Positions 17,916 through 26,000 of a stretch of DNA of 64,000 nt are shown here, one piece after another. The stretch spans positions 16,663 through 80,662 of the forward strand of contig JAUICN010000013.1 in the NCBI GenBank assembly GCA_030427835.1, read 5' to 3'. The position numbers were made by a program, and so were the translations under genes. This stretch comes from Polyangia bacterium. GTDB lineage: Bacteria > Myxococcota_A > Polyangia > Polyangiales > JAUICN01. The notes beneath the pieces were generated by a model. That model did not search any database, was not told the DNA's origin, and was given only the letters and a program-made list of their open reading frames with translations. Within the stretch, counting starts at the first letter, position 1. Each line of letters starts with the position of its first letter.

Positions 17916-19214
17916 TTATCTCCAGTGTACCTTGTAGGTGCCTTCGAGCTGGCCTGTGATTTGTTTGTTGGCCTGGCTCGATGAAAGCACGAGCCCGAAG
18001 GTTGAAGCCCCCGTGGCGAGGGTGCTTTTGATGAACTCGGGCCCAAGAAGAAAGCGCAACCCGTCGGAGTCAATGCCTGAGTTGTCGTCGAGGGAAAGAA
18101 ATCGCACGTTCCGGGGCCACTGGTCTGTCAGGGTCCGAATACCGTCGTTGGAAACCCCTGAGCTGTGCAAATAGAGCGCAGTGATGTCCGGGAATATGCT
18201 GGCGATGTGGGGCATGGTTCCATTTGCCATCTTTTCGCCCATTTGAGACAGGAAAAGCCCCTGCAAGCCCTCCATGACATGCCCCTCTGCGGCCGCACGC
18301 CGCAGGTCAAACTGGTTGCCGCGCAGGTGAAGCTTCGTCAGCCCTCGAATGGAAAAAAGTGCGGCCAACTCCTTTTCTTGGTCTTCGGTTTTGCCGGAAG
18401 TTGGGCTTGTGGTCTCGTACAGCCGCAGGGTGCCCAGGTGAGGGATGCTTCCAATGATTTCCAATTCGTTGACCCCCACTTCCACTGCGTCGAGTTCAAG
18501 GACTTCCAGCGTGAAGAGTGCCGCCGTCGCGGTGATGCTGTGTGGTGCCTGCACTTCTGCACGGGTTGCTACCAACAGGGATTGAATATCACTGGGTTGG
18601 CCGTATTCCTTTTTGACGTACGCGAGGGACGGCCCACCGGCCTGGTCTTCCGTGCAACCGTGGAACGCGACACGCTGATCGACCACACTTGGTTGCCACT
18701 GAACTACAGACCACCGGCCAAATGCAGTGTGATCCGCAAGGTCACCCGCAGCGTCTGGAACTGAGGTGTTCAACCCACGAAGAGCCACCGACCAGGTTTC
18801 GCCAATGAACAGGATGTCCAACACCGAAAGGTTTCCGGCGGGGGTCCACCGTGCCTGTACGGTGAAGTCTCCGGAATAGCCCAAACCTGCGAGTGCCTTT
18901 TGCACTCTCCTGTGGTTGCTGGAGGGCGCTGCCAAGGGAAGCTCCCGGGCAGCCTCAGGTCGCTCTGTGCGGGTGAGCCACTCCTCAAGGGTTTTCAGAT
19001 CCTCCTGCCCTTCGTGCTTGGGTAGCTTGGCTTCCACCAAGGGGATCAGCCCCCTGGCGAAGCCATTGCAATGCGATTCACTTTCACCTACTTCTGTGTT
19101 TGCCTTTGTGGTGTGGATGGTCTCTACAGAACAAGCACAAAACGCAGATATCCCGGCGAGGAGAAGGGGTAGAGACAATGGCGACGAACGGTGACGGGGA
19201 GCTTCAATAGACAT
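17916..19214 (-). CDS. Lipoprotein with C-terminal leucine-rich repeats (paralog 2)
   Basis: Lipobox SAFCAC; colinear similarity to paralog 1 (CNGFARGLIPLVEAKLP vs CNAFAAALIPFIEAKFP); LRR units. Confidence 0.7.
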   Translation of the reverse strand: MSIEAPRHRSSPLSLPLLLAGISAFCACSVETIHTTKANTEVGESESHCNGFARGLIPLVEAKLPKHEGQEDLKTLEEWLTRTERPEAARELPLAAPSSNHRRVQKALAGLGYSGDFTVQARWTPAGNLSVLDILFIGETWSVALRGLNTSVPDAAGDLADHTAFGRWSVVQWQPSVVDQRVAFHGCTEDQAGGPSLAYVKKEYGQPSDIQSLLVATRAEVQAPHSITATAALFTLEVLELDAVEVGVNELEIIGSIPHLGTLRLYETTSPTSGKTEDQEKELAALFSIRGLTKLHLRGNQFDLRRAAAEGHVMEGLQGLFLSQMGEKMANGTMPHIASIFPDITALYLHSSGVSNDGIRTLTDQWPRNVRFLSLDDNSGIDSDGLRFLLGPEFIKSTLATGASTFGLVLSSSQANKQITGQLEGTYKVHWR

Positions 19215-19226
19215 GTGACAGCCCTA

Positions 19227-19242
19227 AGCAATCGCCGTGCCC
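19227..19242 (-). promoter_or_regulatory. sigma54-type promoter
   Basis: gGGCACG-GCGA-TTGCT. The -12 C is at 19228, the ATG at 19214, and no SD is present. Confidence 0.65.
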
Positions 19243-19286
19243 ATCACCAAGGACCCTGTGCGGCGATCGTTTTTGGACGTACGCGG

Positions 19287-20828
19287 TTAACCCTGGTGGA
19301 TTTTCCAGTCGGTGCCGGTGGGGCGGTCTAGGATTTCGATGTGTTTGGTTTGGAGTTCGTCGCGGACGGCGTCGGCGGTGGCGAAGTCCTTGTTGGCGCG
19401 TGCGGCGGCTCTTCGATCCAGTTGTTGTTGCACCCATTGCGGGTCGATGCCGAGTTGGGTGCATTTTCGGGTGCGCACCCCGGCGAGCACGTGTTCAGCC
19501 TGGCGTTCGGCAAGGCCTAGGGTTTGGCCAAGGTATTCGAAACCGGCTTTCATGGCATCCACCAGGTTGCCGGCGACCTTGCCCTTTTTACCCTTGGCTT
19601 GATCGAGGTGCTCGTTGGTGGCCTTGAGGAAGGCAGCAAGGTGGCTGAGCGCGACCGACGTGTTGAGGTCATCGTTGAGGGCATTGCGCAAGCGCTCCGG
19701 GAAGTGGAGCAATGTGGCGTTGGCGTGGCCTTCAGGATTGGCGGGGTTGGGGGAGATGCGCTTGGGGGGCAGGTTGTGGAGGCGTTGGCGCGTTTCGTAG
19801 AGGTACTCGATTCGCCCTTCAGCTTCGTCAAGCTGGGGAAAGGTCTGGGGGTGGGCGCCTTTTGCGTTGCCGGGGTCTTTTTCGTTGTGATCCTCGACCG
19901 CAAAGTGCAGCGGTGCGCGGTAGTGGGTGGTGAGCATGAAGTAGCGCAGGGCCTCCGGATCGTAGCGTTCGTACAGGGCACGCAGGGTGAAGAAGTTGCC
20001 CAGGCTCTTGGACATTTTCTCCTTGTCGATTTCCACAAACCCGTTGTGCATCCAATGGGTGGCGTAGGGCTTGGTGGTGGCGCATTCGCTTTGGGCGATT
20101 TCGTTTTCGTGGTGGGGGAACACCAGGTCGAGCCCGCCGCCGTGTAGGTCCATGGTTTCACCTAGATGTTCGATGGCCATGGCGGAGCACTCGATGTGCC
20201 AACCGGGGCGGCCGTGGCCCCAGGGGCTGGGCCAACCGGGCTCTTCGGGGGAGGCACACTTCCAAAGGGCGAAGTCTTCGGGGGATTGCTTTTGGGATTG
20301 TTCGCCGTCCGCAAGTCGGCCGCTGGCGCCCTGGACCATGTCTTCGAGCTTGCGGTGGGAGAGTTTCCCGTAGTTGGGAAAAGCGCGGACCTTGAACCAA
20401 ACGTTGCCCTCCACGGCGTAGGCAGCGCCCCGGTCGATGAGGGTTTGGATGAGGGCGTGAATGTGGGGAAGGTGGTCGCTCACCCGGGGTTCCACGTCGG
20501 GCGCCAGGTTGCGCAGACGGGCCATGTCCTCGGTGTAGGCGGCGGCGTATTGGTTGGCGACTTCCAGTGGGGTGCGGTTTTCCTCCACGGCCCGACGCAC
20601 GATTTTGTCGTCAATGTCGGTAATGTTGCGTACGTATTGGACCTTGTATCCCGTGGCGCGCAGGTGGCGGGTGAGCACATCAAACACCAAACACGAGCGC
20701 CCGTGACCCAGGTGAGCATGGTCGTACACCGTGGGCCCGCACACGTAGACCTTCGCCACCCCAGCCTCCTGGGTGGTAAACGTTTCTCGTTTGGAGCTCA
20801 GGGTGTTGTAGATCTCTAGGCCAGCCAT
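19287..20828 (-). CDS. cysS: Cysteine--tRNA ligase
   Basis: YVCGPTVYDHAHLGH, GRPGWHIECSAM, HGGG.DL.FPHHENE, KMSKSLGNF. Confidence 0.97.
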   Translation of the reverse strand: MAGLEIYNTLSSKRETFTTQEAGVAKVYVCGPTVYDHAHLGHGRSCLVFDVLTRHLRATGYKVQYVRNITDIDDKIVRRAVEENRTPLEVANQYAAAYTEDMARLRNLAPDVEPRVSDHLPHIHALIQTLIDRGAAYAVEGNVWFKVRAFPNYGKLSHRKLEDMVQGASGRLADGEQSQKQSPEDFALWKCASPEEPGWPSPWGHGRPGWHIECSAMAIEHLGETMDLHGGGLDLVFPHHENEIAQSECATTKPYATHWMHNGFVEIDKEKMSKSLGNFFTLRALYERYDPEALRYFMLTTHYRAPLHFAVEDHNEKDPGNAKGAHPQTFPQLDEAEGRIEYLYETRQRLHNLPPKRISPNPANPEGHANATLLHFPERLRNALNDDLNTSVALSHLAAFLKATNEHLDQAKGKKGKVAGNLVDAMKAGFEYLGQTLGLAERQAEHVLAGVRTRKCTQLGIDPQWVQQQLDRRAAARANKDFATADAVRDELQTKHIEILDRPTGTDWKIHQG

Positions 20829-20900
20829 GGTAGCCAGCCACCTACCGCGAAACTTAGGGGACGTGCAAGTTCACTTCTCTCGAAAACTCAGCGGTAGGGG

Positions 20901-20939
20901 CCCAATGGAAAGACCCGATGGGAAGACCCAATGGAAAGA
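20901..20939 (+). repeat. 13-bp tandem repeat x3
   Basis: CCCAATGGAAAGA / CCCGATGGGAAGA / CCCAATGGAAAGA, abutting the stop codon of 20940..21821. Confidence 0.85.
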
Positions 20940-21821
20940 CTAGTTCCGGTAGCTTGCTTGCAGTGGTGCTACGGATTTGAGGAAGGACTCGAGTAGGGAC
21001 TTTTCTTTTTCCAAGGCTTCCCCCGAAACCTGGGTGGGGAGCCAGTCCTGGGTGTAGGTGCGGTACAGGGAGAAGGAAGAATCTGCCCGGAGGATGGCGA
21101 CCCCAGCGCCGCCGGCTTTCTCTGCTGCGGCCGAAAACGCGGCGAACTGCCTTGTTTTTGCGTTTTTCCAACGGTCGAACATGTTGAAAGTGGTTTCGAG
21201 GGCCGAAAACGCCGTTGCCTCCGCCTCCGTCATGGTGCTCAAGGGTTTGGGCGGATTCAGGCGCCCCTCGGTAGAGTGCGTCTTCTTCCATTGGAGTACG
21301 GTGTGGGTGGCGTTGACCCAGGAAACGAACTCGTTCACGTCGCCGATGCTTTCAAGCGTGGCGTTCAGTAACCCGATTCCCGACTTTCGGAGGTCAGCCA
21401 CGGTGTCCGTTAGAATAGGAAAGAACCCGGCCGATTGCTCCGTGCTCAGGATCGAGGGGTCTGCCCAGAACGCGGTGGCGTAGTTAAAGATGTCTTCGAC
21501 GCGTAGGTGGCCCATGCCGTGGTAGCGGGAGAACCTAACGATGGCCGGATCCCACGCGAGTGGATGCCGAAGCACTGTGGGGTCCAGCTGCCGCATGGTC
21601 TCAAGAATGGCAGGGCGCTCCCATTCAAACGTACGGAGCCGGCTGCCTGTGGTTCCAATGGGTTCCAGGGGAAGTGCACTGCCGCCCTCGATGTTCCCCA
21701 CTGCCATTTGGAATGCCACCTTTGCACCCAGCTCGCGCACCGAACGAAATAGCTGGCTGGATTGGGGCGCACAGGGCTTAAGGGTGAGCTCATTGTTGAA
21801 CTGCATGTCGAGCTGGGCCAT
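20940..21821 (-). CDS. Hypothetical protein (no family recognised)
   Basis: 293-aa ORF fitting cleanly between cysS and the PP2C gene, with protein-like composition. Confidence 0.6.
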   Translation of the reverse strand: MAQLDMQFNNELTLKPCAPQSSQLFRSVRELGAKVAFQMAVGNIEGGSALPLEPIGTTGSRLRTFEWERPAILETMRQLDPTVLRHPLAWDPAIVRFSRYHGMGHLRVEDIFNYATAFWADPSILSTEQSAGFFPILTDTVADLRKSGIGLLNATLESIGDVNEFVSWVNATHTVLQWKKTHSTEGRLNPPKPLSTMTEAEATAFSALETTFNMFDRWKNAKTRQFAAFSAAAEKAGGAGVAILRADSSFSLYRTYTQDWLPTQVSGEALEKEKSLLESFLKSVAPLQASYRN

Positions 21822-21868
21822 TCGGGCAGGCCCCGTTTCCAGGAGTCGACCCTACTGAAACAACCCCG

Positions 21869-21906
21869 CTGAAACGACCCACGTTCGAAAATTAATCAAT
21901 GATTTC
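21869..21906. repeat. Dispersed ~39-bp intergenic repeat, copy A (inverted copy at 46761-46799)
   Basis: CTGAAA-CGACCCACGTTCGAAAATTAATCAATGATTTC vs CTGAAAACAACCCAGGTTCGAAATTAAATCAATGATTTC (reverse complement of 46761-46799). Confidence 0.75.
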
Positions 21907-22076
21907 AAAATCCCAAAATCACCCAGGTTGGAATGGTGGCAAGGGTGTTTTGTGTCGAAAAGTGGTTTTCAGCATGTGTCTTATTTTGCTCCAGTGGAAC
22001 TGACCCTTAAAATCATTTGGGAAAATTGGAAAATTCGACCGCTGGATTGGAGGCTTGGGTGGCCTGGGTTGTTCGA

Positions 22077-22108
22077 CTGGGAGATTGAGCGGCTGGGAGA
22101 TTGAGCGG
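22077..22108 (+). repeat. 16-bp perfect direct tandem repeat x2
   Basis: CTGGGAGATTGAGCGG twice, about 105-135 bp upstream of the sigma54-like promoter at 22213. Confidence 0.85.
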
Positions 22109-22212
22109 CTAGTGTGTTGAGCAGCTGGGAGTGCGACGTGTTTGGTCCAGCTGGCTGGGGCCTTGGGTGCTCCGTGGCACGGATTGGCTCCCGTTTTCCC
22201 TGGGAATTCCGC

Positions 22213-22228
22213 TGGCACGGGGTTCGCA
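22213..22228 (+). promoter_or_regulatory. sigma54-type promoter
   Basis: TGGCACG-GGGT-TCGCA (GG-N10-GC, one mismatch in the -12 box). The -12 C is at 22227 and the ATG at 22241. Confidence 0.5.
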
Positions 22229-22240
22229 TTGTCTGGGGGT

Positions 22241-23011
22241 ATGTCTACGACGACAGATCAAGCAGTACTTACCAGCCAGGGCCTTGGGGCCACCCACGTG
22301 GGGCGGCGCTCCAACAACGAGGACGCCTTTGTGACCGACCCTATTCTGGGGTTTTACGCCGTGGCAGACGGCATGGGCGGCCACGAGGGTGGAGAGGTGG
22401 CGAGCTGGCTTGCCATTGAATCCCTCCACGGGTTTTGCATGCGTGCGGGAGCGCGATCCGCGAGCGAAGTGAGCCAGGTGACCTCACCGGGAAGTACGGT
22501 TGGGCAGGATATGATGGCCCTTGCCTTTCGCCAGGCCCACCGTTCCATTCAACGTCAACGTACTGGCCGATTGTCCCACATGGGTTCCACCGCGGCCCTG
22601 GTTTGGGTACACGGAAGCCGCGCCACCATCGCCCACATCGGCGACAGCCGGGTCTACATGAGCCGTGGCGGCGTGTTGCAACAAATGACGCGGGACCACT
22701 CCCTGGACGCGGAACTGCAGGAAGCCGGCATGGTGGCCAAGGGAATCACGGTGGTGCCCGGCCTGATTACCCGGGCCCTGGGGATCGAGGGGGACGGCGC
22801 CGCCGAGGTCACTGAAGTGGAACTCCAGGCAGGAGACCGATTTGTGATTTGTAGCGATGGCCTCACGGATGTGGTGGACGACAACATGATTCAGCAGATT
22901 CTTGATCATTCCCCCTTTGGCATCCGTGCCGACGCCCTAGTCAACGAGGCGTACCGCGCGGGTAGCCGGGACAACATCACGGTTGTGAGCATTGAAATCA
23001 AGGGTTCTTAG
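22241..23011 (+). CDS. PP2C-family Ser/Thr protein phosphatase
   Basis: THVGRR.NNEDAF, VADGMGGH.GGEVAS, HIGDSRVY, TRDHS, ITRALG, CSDGL, GSRDNIT. Confidence 0.93.
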   Translation: MSTTTDQAVLTSQGLGATHVGRRSNNEDAFVTDPILGFYAVADGMGGHEGGEVASWLAIESLHGFCMRAGARSASEVSQVTSPGSTVGQDMMALAFRQAHRSIQRQRTGRLSHMGSTAALVWVHGSRATIAHIGDSRVYMSRGGVLQQMTRDHSLDAELQEAGMVAKGITVVPGLITRALGIEGDGAAEVTEVELQAGDRFVICSDGLTDVVDDNMIQQILDHSPFGIRADALVNEAYRAGSRDNITVVSIEIKGS

Positions 23012-23099
23012 TTAGGATTTTTTCTGCACGGCAGAAGGTTAATTTCTGCGCAGATGCGGAAATCTGAGCAAAGACGGAAAGTTTTGTCATATTGACTAG

Positions 23100-26000
23100 G
23101 TGCGTCGTGACAAGAGTGTTCAACAGGGGTCCATGGTTCCGCCAGAAGTGACCCTACTTTCCGTGGCGGAACGGGCTGCGGCGCAGGGTCTATACCGGCC
23201 GGACATGGAGCACGACAACTGTGGTGTGGCTTCTGTTACCGATATTCAGGGGCGCCCCAGCCACGGGTTGGTGGCCGCTGGGCTCAATGCCCTGGAGCGG
23301 TTGGCCCACCGGGGAGCTACGGGCGCCGATCCCTTGACCGGGGACGGTGCGGGAATGCTCTGCCAGGTGCCGCACCTATTGTTGCAGGGCGAGGTGGGAT
23401 CCCACCTGCCAGGGCCTGGCGAATACGGCCTGGGTATGTTCTTTCTGAACCGGGACCCCTGGAAGGAACGGACCCAGCGGCGCTGGCTTGAGGGTGTGTT
23501 TCAGGCGCTGGGGCTCCGTGTTGTGGCCTGGCGAGACGTGCCCGTGCGTGCAGATTCCTGTGGCCCCTTTGCCCAACAGACGCGGCCCTCCATCGCCCAG
23601 GCCGTGGTGCAACCCCAAAAATCTCTTGCCTCGGGCGAACTGGAGCGACTGCTGTTTGTGGCCCGTAAGAAGATCGAGCACACCCAACGGCAACGTAGGT
23701 GGGTGGGCAAACACGATTCCCTCTACGTGTGTTCCCTTTCGAGCTCCACGGTGGTGTACAAGGGCCTGTTGCTCCCAAGCCAGCTGGGTCGGTTCTTCCC
23801 AGACCTGACCGACCCCCGCATGGAGTCGGCCGTGTCCGTGGTGCACCAACGGTTCAGCACCAATACGTTTCCTGCCTGGGAGCGCGCGCACCCCTACCGT
23901 TTGTTGGCCCACAACGGAGAGATCAACACCCTGTCGGGCAACCGCAAGGCCATGGCTGCCCGGGAGTTGTTGTTTGCCTCACGGCGCTTCGGCATAGACG
24001 TGGAACTGTTGCGGCCACTGTTGGAAATCGAAAGCAGCGACTCGGCCATGTTGGACAACACCGCAGAGCTTCTGTTGCAAAGCGGGCGATCCCTGCCCCA
24101 TGCGCTCGCCATGATGTTGCCCCGGGCCTGGGAGCAGGACCCGATCATGCCACCGGATGTGCGTGGGTTCTACGAGTACCACGCCTCCATCATGGAGCCC
24201 TGGGACGGCCCTGCCTGCGTGGTGTTTACGGACGGTCGCGTGAGTGGTGTGGCTGTGGATCGCAACGGCCTGCGGCCCGCACGGTACCTGCAAACCCGGC
24301 AGGATTGGTTTGTGGTGTCGTCGGAAGTGGGGGTGATGGACGTGGCACCCGCAGAATTAACCCGGGTGGGGCGGCTTGGCCCAGGTGAAATGGTGGTGGT
24401 GGACACCCAGCGGCAACGGGTGCGTTTTGATGCTGAGGTAAAACGGGAGCTCGCCTCCCTAAGGCCCTACGCCCAATGGGTACAGCAGGCGCTGGTGCGT
24501 GTGGGCGATTTGCCAACGCCGCGAAGCCAGCAGACGGTTTCCCCGGCGAGGACGACACCGTTGGGAACCACCCAGGTTGGAAGCACGCAGCTGCAATCTC
24601 TGCCGCGGGCCCAACGGGTGTTTGGCTACACCCGGGAGGATGTGTCCACCGTTCTTGGGGCCATGGCCGAGCAGGGCAAGGAGCCCGTGGGCTCCATGGG
24701 AAGAGACACTCCGCCGGCTGTGCTTTCCAGGAAACACCCTTCCCTCTTTGACTACTTTTCACAACGTTTCGCGCAGGTCACCAATCCACCCATCGACCCC
24801 CTGCGCGAAACCAATGTGATGTCCCTGCGTACCTTGCTCGGTCCGGGGCACAACCTGTTTCAGGAATCCCCAGAGCTGTGCTCCCACCTGGAGCTTTCAA
24901 GCCCCGTGTTGGACGATTCGCTCTTTCAGAAAATCCGCCAGATCCAGCACCCAGAGTTTCGCGTGACCACGGTGTCGACCCTATTTCCGGCACGTCAACA
25001 GGTGGGGCAGTTGGGCCGGGCCCTGGCAGACCTTTGTTCCCGGGTGGAACACCTGGTCCGCTCCGGTCACACGGTGCTTGTATTGTCGGACCGTGGGTTC
25101 CATTCCGGGTTGGCGCCCATGCCCAGCTTGCTTGCAGCCTCCGCGGTGCACCACCACCTGGTGCGGGTACGTTTGCGGCAGCGCGTGGGGCTGGTGTTGG
25201 AATCGGGAGAGCCCCGGGAGATCATGCACGTGGCCTTGTTGGTGGGGTTTGGAACCGACGCGGTGTACCCCTACCTGGCCCTGGACACGGTGGCGAACTT
25301 GCACACGGTGTCGAACCTGCACACAGTGTCGAACCTGGGCCGTGATGGAGCTGGGAATACTGGAGCTGGGAATATTGGGGTTGGGCACGCAGAAACGGCC
25401 GGGCCACAGGGTGGCCACGACGCCCAGCAAAAATACCTTCGGGCGGTGAACCTGGGCCTACACAAGGTTCTCAGTCGAATGGGGATTTCCACCCTGCAGA
25501 GTTACCGGGGAGGGCAGATCTTTGAAGCTCTGGGGCTTACCCAGTCTTTCTTGAATGACTTTTTCCCCGGTGTGAAGAGTTCCATCGGGGGTATTGGGTT
25601 GGAAGAAGTGGAGGCGACCACCCTTGGCCGCCACCGAAGTGCCTACGACGAACGCAAGGACCCGGAGGTCTCTGGGCTGGAGGCCGGCGGACGGTACAAA
25701 TACCGGAGGGATGGGGAGTTCCACGCGTACCACCCCACCACCGTGGGCCTTTTGCAGGACGCGGTCCGGCGCGACCGGTGGGACGTGTTCGAACGCTTTG
25801 CAGACGTGGTGGATCGCGAAAACCAAAGCACGACCCTGCGTGGGCTATTGCGGTTCAAATCCCCCCAGGGTGACCGGGCCATGATCGGTGCCAACCCGGG
25901 CCCGTTGGATCTGGACCAGGTGGAACCCGCAAGCGAGATCATTCACCGGTTTCGAACGGGTGCCATGTCCTACGGGTCCCTTTCTGCCGAGGCCCACGAA

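Noticed and set aside
22175-22189. TGGCACGGATTGGCT as a second sigma54 box
   Set aside because: Spacing is GG-N9-GC, one base short.
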